NCBI RefSeq assembly: GCF_963921235.1
Contig: NC_086108.1
Location: forward strand, 78,990,001-79,054,000
DNA length: 64,000 nucleotides
Origin: Mobula hypostoma
Taxonomy: Eukaryota
Direction: 5' to 3'
In this document: piece by piece, positions 26,596 through 38,872 of the stretch
Layout of the letters: each line of letters starts with the position of its first letter
Position numbering within the stretch: the first letter of the stretch is position 1
Notes under the pieces: model-generated
Databases searched by the model: none
Told to the model about the DNA's origin: nothing
The model's input: only the letters and a program-made list of their open reading frames with translations
Program-made: the position numbers and the translations under genes

Positions 26596-28288
26596 CACGT
26601 GACACGTGACACCCACAGTAAACGGATCTGTGGACCCCCAGGAAAACGAAACTGTGGACATTTAACAGTGTGAGCGCAAATAATGAAATTCCAGTGTTAG
26701 CCCTTCAGAAGGCACATTCTTAGAAGTGCAAAAGTAAGATCTTATTTTTCTGTGAGTAAATAACAAATCTTTCAGACCAACCAATGAGTTTGAAAATCTC
26801 ATTGTACATGAATTATCCATATTGCTCTACTTCTTATATCATTTGGGGGAATTTAACACCAGAAAAATAATTATCATACAGAACAATAATCCCACTACAA
26901 AAGGAGGAGTCAATTTCTGCTGGGTGCTAATTGCCTTCAGAAATGGGTGCAGCACCATTTATTGATTTATTTTAGCTGTGTGAATAATTTAGACCAAGGG
27001 TGTGAATCAGAATTGCCATAGGTTCCCTCACTAATCATTAAGTGCATCATGGATGAGTGTTCAGCACATACATGAATAATACACGACTGTTTCAAATGTC
27101 CCTCCAAAAACAGTCAAATTTAGAGTTTGGTCAATGAAGCAGCTTTAAGGAGCAACTTCAAGGAGAATGTGTTAAGAAGGAATCCAAGAGTTCGGGGTCT
27201 AGGCAACAGAAAAGTGCAGTTGCCAGTTGTAGATTCATTAAAACCAGTGTTTATGAACAACTTGGGTCAAAAGTTTTGTTTTCATGATTAACAGTTTGTT
27301 GACACTATCTTACTATGCAATTAGTGGGCTTCCACTCCTTAATCTATTTTTTTCGAAGAGAAAGTGGTTGTTGGCAAGAATTTATCATTGGAAGATTATG
27401 GAGGCGAATATGTAGATTTGAGGATGAAAGCCAGTGCAAACAATCTCTGGGTTTGATAGAACAGGAAAAAATGAAATCATACTAATACAGTCATTGGCTT
27501 AAATTGGTAACTCTGCTTCTCTCTCCATATTGGCTTATCCATTTGGTATCACTAGTATTTTCTGTTTTTATGAAAGTGCACTCCCATCTGGTTAGACATT
27601 GGAAAAGAGGTATGGTCATGCTTGTAAAAGGCAGTGGACAGATTGAGAAAGATGAAGATACCATTTTTACCACATCACAAACAAACGGAATATCTGTGAT
27701 GCTAATAGTGAACTGATTAATCAACTCATTGCTTTCTGTGAAATTTTACTGTGAAAAATTAACTTAAGCACTTCGTGCATTATGATTCTATAGTACCAGT
27801 AATACAATACACCTTAATAGTAGACCCAATGGGCCAAATGGCCTAATTCTGCTCCTATATTCTATGTCCAATTATATCTATCATGAATACCTATCTCAGG
27901 ACAAAAGGGAACATCTATATAACTCCCTTAGTGTGCTCCATAACCAATTAAACTATTGTCACAACAAGTTTGCAGGCTGGCTGTTATTGCAACAAGAGTT
28001 GGAGTTTAGCAATGAGGACATATTACTACAGTTATGCAGGGTACTAATGAGACTATACTTGGTGCCCCATGCATAGTTTTCAAACCCCCTTAACTAAGAA
28101 AAAAATATAAGGGCATTGAATATAGTCCAAAAGAGATTCATCAAGCTAATCCTTGGATGAGAGGCCTGTTCTATCATGAACAGTTAAAGAAATTAGATCT
28201 ATAATCTTTTGGTATTGAGAAGAATGAGAAGTAATCTTACTGAAATACGTTAGTTCCTTGGAGAGCATGGCAACGTAGATGTCAAGAT

Positions 28289-30361
28289 CCACACATAAAA
28301 GTTGCTGGTGAACACAGCAGGCCAGGCAGCATCTGTAGGAAGAGGTGCAGTCGACGTTTCAGGCCGAGACCCTTCGTCAGGACTAACTGAAGGAAGAGTG
28401 AGTAAGGGATTTGAAAGTTGGAGGGGGAGGGGAAGATCCAAAATGATAGGAGAAGACAGGAGGGGGAGGGATAGAGCCAAGAGCTGGACAGGTGATAGGC
28501 AAAAGGGGTTACGAGAGGATCATGGGACAGGAGGTCCGGGAAGAAAGACAATGGGGGGGGGACCCAGAGGATGGGCAAGAGGTATATTCAAAGGGACAGA
28601 GGGAGAAAAAGGAGAGTGAGAGAAAGAATGTGTGCATAAAAATAAGTAACAGATGGGGTACGAGGGGGAGGTGGGGCCTTAGCGGAAGTTAGAGAAGTCA
28701 ATGTTCATGCCATCAGATTGGAGGCTACCCAGACGGAATATAAGGTGTTGTTCCTCCAACCTGAGTGTGGCTTCACCTTTACAGTAGAGGAGGCCGTGGA
28801 TAGACATGTCAGAATGGGAATGGGATGTGGAATTAAAATGTGTGGCCACTGGGAGATCCTGCTTTCTCTGGTGGACAGAGCGTAGGTGTTCAGCAAAGCG
28901 GTCTCCCAGTCTGCATCGGGTCTCGCCAATATATAAAAGGCCACATTGGGAGCACCGGACGCAGTATATCACCCCAGCTGACTCACAGGTGAAGTGTTGC
29001 CTCATCTGGAAGGACTGTTTGGGGCCCTGAATGGTGGTAAGTGAGGAAGTGTAAGGGCATGTGTAGCACTTGTTCCGCTTACACGGATAAGTGCCAGGAG
29101 GGAGATCAGTGGGGAGGGATGGGGGGGACGAATGGACAAGGGAGTTGCGTAGGGAGCGATCCCTGCGGAATGCAGAGGCGGGGGAGGGAAAGATGTGCTT
29201 AGTGGTGAGATCCTGTTGGAGGTGGCGGAAGTTATGAAGAATGATATGTTGGACCCGGAGGCTGGTGGGGTGGTAGGTGAGGACTAGGGGAACCCTATTC
29301 CTAGTGGGGTGGCGGGAGGATGGAGTGAGAGCAGATGTACATGAAATGGGGAGATGCGTTTAAAAGCAGAGTTAATAGTGGAGGAAGGGAAGCCCCTTTC
29401 TTTAAAAAAGGAAGACATCTCCCTTGTCCTAGAATGAAAAGCCTCATCCTGAGAGCAGATGTGGCGGAGACGGAGGAATTGCGAGAAGGGGATGGCGTTT
29501 TTGCAAGAGACAGGGTGAGAAGAGGAATAGTCCAGATAGCTGTGAGAGTCAGTAGGCTTATAGTAGACATCAGTGGATAAGCTGTCTCCAGAGACAGAGA
29601 CAGAAAGATCTAGAAAGGGGAGGGAGGTGTCGGAAATGGACCAGGTAAACTTGAGGGCAGGGTGAAAGTTGGAGGCAAAGTTAATAAAGTCAACGAGTTC
29701 TGCGTGCATGCAGGAAGCAGCGCCAATGCAGTCGTCGATGTAGTGAAGGGAAAGTGGGGGACAGTTACCAGAATAGGCACGGAACATAGATTGTTCCACA
29801 AACCCAACAAAAAGGCAGGCGTAGCTAGGACCCATACGGGTGCCCATAGCTACACCTTTAGTTTGGAGGAAGTGGGAGGAGCCAAAGGAGAAATTATTAA
29901 GAGTAAGGACTAATTCCGCTAGACGGAGCAGAGTGGTGGTAGAGGGGAACTGATTAGGTCTGGAACCCAAAAAGAAGTGGAGAGCTTTGAGACCATCCTG
30001 ATGGGGGATGGAAGTATATAAGGACTGGACATCCATGGTGAAAATAAAGCGGTGGGGGCCAGGGAACTTAAAATCATCGAAAAGTTTAAGAGCTTGAGAA
30101 GTGTCACGAACATAGGTCGGAAGGGATTGAACAAGGGGTGATAAAACCGTGTCGAGGTATGCAGAAATGAGTTCGGTGGGGCAGGAGCAAGCTGAGACAA
30201 CAGGTCGGCCAGGACAGGCAGGTTTGTGGATCTTGGGTAGGAGGTAGAAACGGGAAGTGCGGGGTATGGGAACTATAAGGTTGTGTGGATCTTGGGTAGG
30301 AGGTAGAAACGGGAAGTGCGGGGTGTGGGAACTATAAGGTTGTGTGGATCTTGGGTAGGAA
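28289..30361 (-). mobile_element. Young 5'-truncated Penelope-like element: RT + GIY-YIG endonuclease + 3' terminal repeat with hammerhead
   Basis: RT ORF 29284-30372 (FYLLPKIHK, MDVQSLYTSI, GVAMGT, YIDD); GIY-YIG ORF 28679-29005 (GVIYCVRC...YIGET); exact 14-bp TSD GTAGATGTCAAGAT (28275-28288, 30362-30375); sits in a CR1 remnant. Confidence 0.95.
28348..28386 (-). ncRNA. Minimal type I hammerhead ribozyme (family A), sense to the PLE ORF
   Basis: Exact reverse complement of the 5546-5584 motif. Confidence 0.8.
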
Positions 30362-31354
30362 GTAGATGTCAAGATGTTTTCACTAGAAGGAGAATCGTTA
30401 ATTAGCTACCATGGTAGCAAAATTAGGGACTTGAAAACATAATTACAAAACAATATTACTAAATGTATCTATCGAATTTTACTTTTATTCTGATCTTGGA
30501 ATCTGACCACCATAAATCAATTTGTACTTAGTTAAATCTAATACAACAAAATTAATAGTACATTCGATAACATTACTGAATTGTTTGTATACTGTATTAT
30601 TTTCCCCCTTTCTGGGAGTAACTTGTTTAGCCTGATCCAGTCAGGCAATTTGTAGAACGTGTTCTATTTGTTCTTAACAAAGACAAACTTGCTGTGGGTT
30701 TAATGCTGGAATATTTTATTCGGAACACTCCAGCTCAACACTGAGTGCGCACGACCAGCTCACTAATGAAGCTTCCATTTCCGGGTGAACCGCCTGCATT
30801 GCCCACTGGTAATGGAAATTCTTCACTATAAACATATCTGGTTCTGTATTTTTTTTTAAGATTAGCTATGCCTATTTACTAACTGGGAACAGAAAATACC
30901 TTCCATCCTTTGCCATATTTGTACTACTACTTGCAACTTCCACACTCTTTCTATCCAAAACAGGTTCTCATATATCCTTTTGCCCTCCCAAGTGTCACTT
31001 GAATTTCTCTTTCATTATTTTGAACTGGACGTGCCCCTAGTTTTCCACACCCTCTATTCCTAAACAAGTGATCAACCTTTCATCACTTTTTTCCGAATGA
31101 AAATGTTGCAACTTTGCACATTATCTATTTATTTCTAATTATTACGTATGCCTGGTGTTTGACTGGAATCTACACTGTAAATATATTCCATTGGGAATTT
31201 CAAGGGTAGAATTTAAAGACCACAACACTGTGTGGTGTTATTGCCTTTGTAGCAAATTTCTAAGTGTTTCTGTTAAAAAAGATGTGAATGTCAGTGTTGT
31301 TTCTTTGTTGAACAATGTTAATGTTCATTTATTTTTGAAGACCAAAACTAGTTA

Positions 31355-32345
31355 GGTAGCTGTTGAAAATCTTACCCACATTACACAGTTAGAAGTGCAA
31401 TTGCATCACATCTCTGGTGATCTGGGTTTGATTCAATATCTTTCTGTGAAGCTTACAAATTCTCTTTGTCACCGTTGCTCCAGTTTCCTCCCACATTCCA
31501 AAGACATGCATATTGGTAGGTTTTTTTAGATTATGAGGACACTCGGTCCTCGTTTATTGTCATTTAGAAATGCAATGCATTAAAAAATGATACAATGGTC
31601 GTTCGGTATGATATCATAGAAAACACAAGACAGACCAAGACTAAAACTGACAAAAACCACGTAATTATAACATATAGTTACAAAAGTGCAAAGCAATACC
31701 GTAATTTGATAAGAGCAGATCATGGGCATGGTAAAAAAGTCTCAAAGTCCCGATAGCCCCAATATCTCATGCAGATGGTAGAAGGAAGAAACTCTCCTTG
31801 CCATGAGCTTCCAGCGCCACAAACTTGCCGATGCAGCATCCCGGAAGCACCCGACTACAGTCCGACTCTGAGTCCATCCAAAAACTTTGAGCCTCTGACC
31901 AGCCCTCCGACACCAAGCACCGAGCACCATCTCTGCCAAGTGCTTCGACCCCGGCTCCACCTACCAACCAACAGGCAAAGCCGAGGATTCGGGGCCTTCC
32001 CCTCTGGAGATTTCGGATCACACAGTAGCAGTGGCAGCGAAGAAGGCATTTCAGAAGTTTCACCAGATGTTCCTCCGTGCTCTCACATCTGCCTCCATCA
32101 AATCAGAATTGTGCACGGCCTCCTACTTGACAGATAACAGATATTCATCACTGGAGAGGCCGCGCGGTTAATAGACCACTGCAAATTGCTCCGAGTTTGT
32201 AAGTGAGTGATTTAATTTGCAGGGCAATTTATGAAAGCTTTGGGAAAATATTGTGGTATTAATATAGGATTTTGTAGACAGGCGGATGATTATCAGCATG
32301 GCCTCGAGAGGCTGTGGCCTGTTTCCATGCTGTCCCTTCCTATGA
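31355..32345 (+). mobile_element. HE1-like SINE interrupted by a retroposon (31521-32165)
   Basis: Core ctccagtttcctcccacattccaaagac...ggttaat and CR1-like tail ggcctgtttccatgctgt. Confidence 0.65.
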
Positions 32346-32549
32346 CTCTATTTCCTTCATTCTACCTTGAGCTGGTTCTTGAAGTAAAGCTCACTATAAA
32401 ATTGATTACGGTGGGTGAGAAGATCGTTTGATAGACTTACAGGTTAATGCACCCAAGATCTCTCGGTTAAATATTGTTATCTGGTTTCTAATCAGTCCAT
32501 TTGTCCATTTCAAAAGTTTAGAGAAATCCATTTTGAATTCATCCCATTA

Positions 32550-32920
32550 CAATGCTAGAGGTGTATAAGATGATGAGGGGCATTAATCATGTGGATAGCC
32601 AGAGGTTTTTCCCCAGGGCTGAAGTGGCTAACACAAGGGGGCATAGTTTTAAAGTGCTTGGAAATAGGTACCGAGGGGATGTCAGGGGTACACTTTTCTC
32701 ACAGAGAGTGGTGGGTGTATGGAATGCACTGGCCAGCGGCGGTGGTGGAAGCGGATACAACAGGGTCTTTTAAGAGCCTCTTAGATAGGTACATGGAGTT
32801 TAGAAAAATAGAGGGGTACGTTCTAGGGAAATTCTAGGCAGTTTCTAGAGTAGGTTACATGGTCGGCACAACATTGTGGGCTAAAGGGCCTGTAATGTGC
32901 TGTGAATTTCTATGTTCTAA
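32550..32920 (+). mobile_element. CR1 LINE 3' end
   Basis: ORF MLEVYKMMRGI...NTRGHSFKV; tail ttctatgttcta; same family as 60326-63470. Confidence 0.8.
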
Positions 32921-34919
32921 GGAATTCTGAACTTGATTAAATTGATCCATTACTTCTGCCCCTCATGCAATCTCCCCAGTATGTTTAAGTTGTTTGCAAT
33001 TGCTCCCTCTTGTGGGTTTGCCCCTGAATGTAATGAGTGTTCTGGCAGCTCAGTTTCAGCTTTAAACATTCCTCTCCAATAAAAAGGTTTAATTCCCTGA
33101 AGTCTAACAGAAGGGCATAATTTATCTTTTGCTATTTTAATATTCATAAAAAAGGGAAATATATTACTGAAAAGGTGAATGGTAGCAAATGGGTTATTAT
33201 TTAAACCAAGTGGGTTTGACACTGTACAAAATCATACTATTTGGTTCAATGCAGCTTCAGGGCTCTAATTAGTACAGCATTCTGTTCTACTCTGAATTCT
33301 AAGTTTCAATGGTGAATATACAGTATACTTAAGTGAGAAGACAGTCTTTGATTAATAAGACATTTGAGTTGGGATTCTTTTGCATAGCAAAACAAACTAT
33401 TTAAGACTAAATTATACTCCTCATAGCTGTTGGTTGTTTTATGAGGTCTGCAGTTCAGGGCATTTAACCTTCCAAGTTTTAAGCAGTTCACAAAATCGAT
33501 TAAGGAAGATACAGCATGGTTTAGTTCACTGAGAAAGTACATAATATTAGAAATGCCAGAAAAGGAGCCCAAGAAAGGCATGTCAAAAATGGAAGATTCA
33601 GGATTAACGCAAAATTAGAGATTTTTTTAAGCAGTTGCATGTTCTTATCATTAAATAACCGAGGCAATATTTTTGCTTCAATGTAAAAACTGGGAAAGCT
33701 TCAGGAAGTTGAAAGGGTTTTTAGGGAACAAGTCTCCAGAGATAGTCAGCATTGATCACAGATTAATCAGTTAGATATTTATCAAAAAGTAACAATCATC
33801 TTGAGGAAATCATTGGATCATTGGGTAATGCAATGATATTAGTTGATTAAAAAATGGTTAATATGGTGTCCAGAGACAAAAATATCAACAAAATTGGTAC
33901 GGCATTTAAAGAACTTTTGAATTAACTCCCATTTAACACAAAATAATGGAATTCATTATTAGACGAAACATGACAATTGTTTGTGTTGTGTATTTAATAT
34001 TTCAGTAATATTGTGTAATGTTGTAAATATAATGTTGATTATGAATTTGTTGCTGTTAAATAAAGCACTTTGGGTTATATGTAAATATGTGTGAATTACA
34101 TTGTTATGCCACCTCATCATATGTGTGCGTGCTTCACTAAAAGTAAAACAAAACTGCTGACACACATCTCCCAGCTCCTGGTTTTCCTTTCAATAAGCTT
34201 TTATGTTTTGGAGTCACAAAACATAACAGTTTTGTATGTTAATCAGTTGATAAACTGTAATCAACATGGTCTCTGGAAGGGAATATTAGGACTGAACAAA
34301 GGAAGAAATAGAAGAATAAATCCACAGTATGAAAAATAAATAGGAGTTCTGTGAAACTAAGAGTTAGGAATAAGAATGTTCAAAATTAGATTTTCAGAGT
34401 TAATTTACATTCTGTTGTAGAACTGTGCAAATTCATAAAATGAAATTGCTGTTTCAAGTGGTTTCGCTTGAAGGGCATATGTTATTATGAAAACAATTTG
34501 TGTATTGGAGGCCTTTCACTACAGCCCTAATCTCTTTTCAAAATTACTCAAGTTCTTCTTTTCTAACACTTGTAACTGGTTTTACATCCCAGAGTAAACT
34601 TGGATACCTTTCTCCTAAGGGAGATTATTCTGATTCTCTCTGGGTAAAGAAGAAAAGAGCCAAGGAGCTATCTGCCTCATGGTGTAGAAAAGGGTTAGGA
34701 TTTTGTGAGATAGGCCCAAAAAATGATAACTAGGAGCTACAAAGGGACTGGCGAGGCTTCATTTATTGCTGCATTATTGAAAAGAGTATAAGTAAATTCC
34801 TTCCTCTGTCATAATGTTTGGTCTGTAGCGGTGTGCTACACACAGCGCTAGAATAACCACATGGAGTCGGTGAGTTGGAGTTGCGATGAAAGAGGTTTAT
34901 TCAAACTTCGCGGCCTGCT

Positions 34920-37900
34920 TTAAAGCCTTCCCATTCCCGCCCTCCCTGGGGCGGGACTGTTGGGGGGAATGCATATTCCCAGACCCTTTCTGCGCGCGGG
35001 ATTTTCCCCTGCTGGTGAAGATGGCCTGGCGCCCTTTTTGGGGCTGGCCCTCTGCCGGCGCGCGCTGTTGTGAGCCGGTTCGTGTGTGCCAGAAAGTGGG
35101 TCGCCACATAACCCCGCCCCAGAACCGGCGATACCTCCCCCAATGTCCACAGTCTGGATCGGCCTCTGTTTGGGAGGTCTGCCCCTGCGTCGCGGTGCCT
35201 GAGCCTGGACCGGCTGCGCCAAGTCCACATGGGCCGGTTTGAGTCGGTCCACCATGAAAGCCTTCTCTCTCCCCCCAATGTCCAGCACGAACGTGGACCC
35301 ATTGTACCTGATCACCTTAAACGGCCCCTCGTAGGGCCGCTGTAGCGGTGCCCTGTGTCCGCCCCGTCATACAAAAAGAAACTTACAGTTCTGCAGGTCT
35401 TTGGGTACGCAGGTCGGGCTCTGTCCGTGCTGTGAAGTGGGGATGGGGGCCAGGTTACCGAGCCTCTCCTGTAGTCTGTCCAAGACTGCTATGGGTTCTT
35501 CCTCTTGCTCCCTTGGGGCTGGTATGAACTCTCCTGGGACTACCAGGGGTGCGCCGTACACCAACTCGGCCAACGAGGTGTGCAGATCCTCTTTGGGCGC
35601 CGTGCAGATTCCGAGCAGGACCCAGGGAAGCTCGTCCACCCAGTTAGGCCCCTCCAGGCGGGCCATGAGAGCTGATTTCAGGTGACGGTGGAAGCGCTCC
35701 ACTAGTCCGTTCGACTGTGGGTGGTAGGCAGTTGTGTGGTGTAGCTGCGATCCTAAAAAGCTGGCCATAGCCGACCACAGGCTGGAGGTGAACTGGGCAC
35801 CCCTCTCGGAGGTAATGTGGGCCGGTACCCCGAAGCGTGCTACCCAGGTTGCGATCAGTGCTTGGGCGCAGGATTCGGAGGTGGTGTCGGTGAGCAGGAC
35901 TGCCTCTGGCCATCTGGTGAACCGGTCTATCATAGTTAGGAGGTACCGCACTCCTCGTGACACTGGCAGGGGCCCCACGATATCCATATGGATGTGGTCG
36001 AACCTCCGGCGGGTGGGTTCGAACCGCTGCGGCGGAGCCTTGGTATGCCACTGCACCTTGGCCGTTTGGCACTGCATGCACGTTTTGGCCCATTCACTGA
36101 CCTGCTTACGAAGTCCATGCCACACAAACCTGTTGGCGACCAGCCGGACGGTTGTCCTGATGGAGGGGTGCGCTAAGTTGTGAATGGACTCGAAAACCCG
36201 CCGGCGCCAGGCTGCTGGGACAACGGGGCGGGGTTGGCCGGTAGCTATGTCACATAGTAGGGTCCTCTCACCTGGGCCTACGGGGAGGTCTTGGAGCTGC
36301 AAACCGGAGACTGCAGTCCTGTAACTGGGGATCTCAGCGTCTGCCTGCTGTGCCTCTGCCAGCGCTGCATAGTCCACCCCCTGGGACAGGGCCTGTATGG
36401 TAGGTCTGGAAAGTGCGTCTGCCACGACATTGTTCTTTCCAGAGACATGCTGGATGTCCATCGTGTACTCGGAGATGTAGGACAGTGTCGCTGCTGGCGG
36501 GACGACCAGGGGTCGGACACCTTCATGAACGCAAAGGTAACGGTTTGTGGTCTGTGAACGCGGTGAAGGGCCTACCTTCTAAGAAGTACCTGAAATGCCG
36601 GATTGCCAGGAATAGTGCCAATAGCTCCCGGTCAAAAGCACTGTATTTGAGTTCAGGTGGTCGTAGGTGTTTACTGAAGAACGCCAGGGGTTGCCAGCGA
36701 CCCTCGATGAGTTGTTCCAGCACTCCACCGACTGCTGTGTTGGATGCGTCCACCATGAGGGCAGTAGGAACGTCCGTTCTGGGGTGCACTAGCATCGCGG
36801 CGTTTGCCAAGGCTTCTTTGGTTTTAACGAAAGCGGTTGCGGCCTCTTTGTCCCAGGTAATGTCCTTGCCCTTACCCGACATTAGAATGAACAGGGGTCA
36901 CATGGTTCGGGCTGCTGAGGGGAGGAAACGGTGGTAGAAATTCACCATACCCACGAATTCCTGCAGGCCTTTGATTGTGTTGGGTCGGGGGAAGTTGCGG
37001 ACCGCGTCTACCTTGGCGGGCAGCAGGGTTGCCCCGTCTTCAGTAATCCTGTGGCCCAGGAAGTCGATGGTGTTGAGTCCGAACTGGCATTTGGCTGGGT
37101 TGATTGTAAGGCTGAATTCGCTCGGGCGGGAGTAGAGCTGGCGGAGGTGGGACAGATGCTCCTGCCGACTACTGCTGGCTATGAGGATGTCGTCCAAATA
37201 GATGAATGCAAAGTCCAGGTCGCGTCCCACCGCGTCCATTAGCCGCTGGAACGTCTGTGCGGCATTCTTTAGACCAAACGGCATTCGAAGGAATTCGAAA
37301 AGCCTGAACGGGGTGATAAGTGCTGTTTTGGGGATGTCGTCCGGAGGTACCGGGATTTGATGGTATTCCCGGACGAGGTCTACCTTGGAAAAGATCCTTG
37401 CGCCATGTAGGTTTGCTGCGAAGTCTTGAATGTGTGGCACAGGGTAGCGGTCTGGCGTTGTAGCCTCGTTCAGTCTGCGGTAGTCACCGCATGGTCTCCA
37501 GCCCCCCCCGTTGCCTTGGGCACCATGTGAAGGAGGGAGGTCCATGGGCTGTCGGACTGTCATATGATCTCCGATTCCTCCATCTTCTTGAGCTCCTTCT
37601 TCGCCAGTCGGAGCTTGACCGGGGGAAGCCTTCGAGCACGGGCGTGGAGGGGTGGTCCCTGGGTCGAGATGTGGTGCTGTACTCCGTGTCTGGGCATGGC
37701 TGCCGTGAACTGCGGTGTCAGTACTGATGGGAAATCCGCCAGGACCCTGGTGAATTCATCATCGGACAGCGTGATGGAGTCCAGGTGTGGGGCTGGCAAC
37801 TGTGCTTCACCCAGGGAGAACGTTTGAAAGGTATTGGCGTGGACTAATCGCTTCCCTTACAGGTCGACCAGCAGGCTGTGGGCTCGTAGAAAATCCGCCC

Positions 37901-38190
37901 CCAGGAGTGGTTGGGCCACGGCGGCCAGTGTGAAGTCCCACGTGAACTGGCTGGAGCTGAACTGTAGCCGCACCGTGCGGGTGCCGTAGGTTCGTATTGT
38001 GCTGCCATTTGCGGCCCTCAGGGTGGGTCCCGGTTCTCTGTTTTGGGTGTCGTAACTCGTTGGAGGTAAGACGCTGATCTTCGCTCCGGTGTCGACCACA
38101 AAGCGGCATCCCGACTGCTTGTCCTAGACGTACAGGAGGCTGTCCTGATGGCCAGCCGCCCTAGCCATCAGCGGCGGCTGGCCCTGGCGT
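34920..38190 (-). pseudogene. Gypsy pol (PR-RT-RH-INT) with several stops and frameshifts
   Basis: Domains split over ORFs 37857-38099, 37560-37799, 36898-37563, 36523-36882, 35367-36461 and 34920-35315. Confidence 0.9.
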
Positions 38191-38872
38191 TTCCCCGGAA
38201 TTTGCAGGGTGGTCTGCAGCGGCGGGCCTCTGTGCCCCACCGCTGGTGGTAGAAACACCATTGTTCGTTGGGCTCCTCACTCCCATCGCCGGGTTTTGTA
38301 GGCTCTGCTGCCGGGCCTGGTCTGGTCTGTCGTTGGGCACGTGGCTTGGTGATCTGTGCGACGGATGCCCCTCTCTCTTTCCTGGCATTCCACAGCACAT
38401 CTGCTCGGGCCGCCACCTCCCGGGGGTCGCTGAAATCTGCATCGGACAGCAGCAGGCTTATGTCCTCGGGCAGTTGCTCTAGGAACGCCTGCTCAAACAT
38501 GAGGCAGGGTTTGTGTCCTTCAGCCAGGGCCAGCATCTCGTTCATTAATGCTGACAGCAGCCTGTCTCCCAAACCATCCAGGTGCATTAAGCGGCGTGCT
38601 CGTTCGTGCCGTGAGAGTCCGAAAGTCCTTATGAGCAGGGCTTTGAATGCTGTGTATTTGCCGTCCTCCGGGGGCGACTGTATAAACTCCTCAACTTGTG
38701 CAGCTGTCTCCTGGTCGAGTGAGCTCAGCACGTAGTAGTAACGAGTGGACTCCGAGGTTATCTGCCGAATGTGGAATTGTGCTTCTGCCTGTTCCAACCA
38801 CAGACGGGGTCTCAGCGGCCAAAAGCCTGGCAGTTGTAACGAAACTGCGTGAACAGATGCGGCGTCGGTCAT
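38168..38872 (-). CDS. Gypsy gag (open; MTDAASVHAVSLQLPGFW...CFYHQRWGTEARRCRPPC...)
   Basis: Uninterrupted ORF downstream of the PBS with a C-x2-H-x9-C-x3-C knuckle. Confidence 0.85.
   Translation of the reverse strand: MTDAASVHAVSLQLPGFWPLRPRLWLEQAEAQFHIRQITSESTRYYYVLSSLDQETAAQVEEFIQSPPEDGKYTAFKALLIRTFGLSRHERARRLMHLDGLGDRLLSALMNEMLALAEGHKPCLMFEQAFLEQLPEDISLLLSDADFSDPREVAARADVLWNARKERGASVAQITKPRAQRQTRPGPAAEPTKPGDGSEEPNEQWCFYHQRWGTEARRCRPPCKFRGNARASRR

Larger units (their letters stand above)
21591..26667 (-). mobile_element. Rearranged Gmr1-like Gypsy LTR composite bounded by LTR termini
   Basis: TGTT...AACA termini with 4-bp TSD GTGT (21587-21590, 26668-26671); full internal LTR 21858-22619; tRNA-Pro-like PBS 21837-21854; gag start 21618-21750; pol ending in RNase H (22797-23150, YTDHNPL...ANCLSRC*). 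Confidence 0.8.

Noticed and set aside
30225..30361. CRISPR-like periodic repeat
   Set aside because: Head-to-tail units without spacers, derived from PLE RT coding sequence; eukaryotic context
30690..30835. Possible short solo LTR
   Set aside because: LTR-like composition but no convincing termini or TSD
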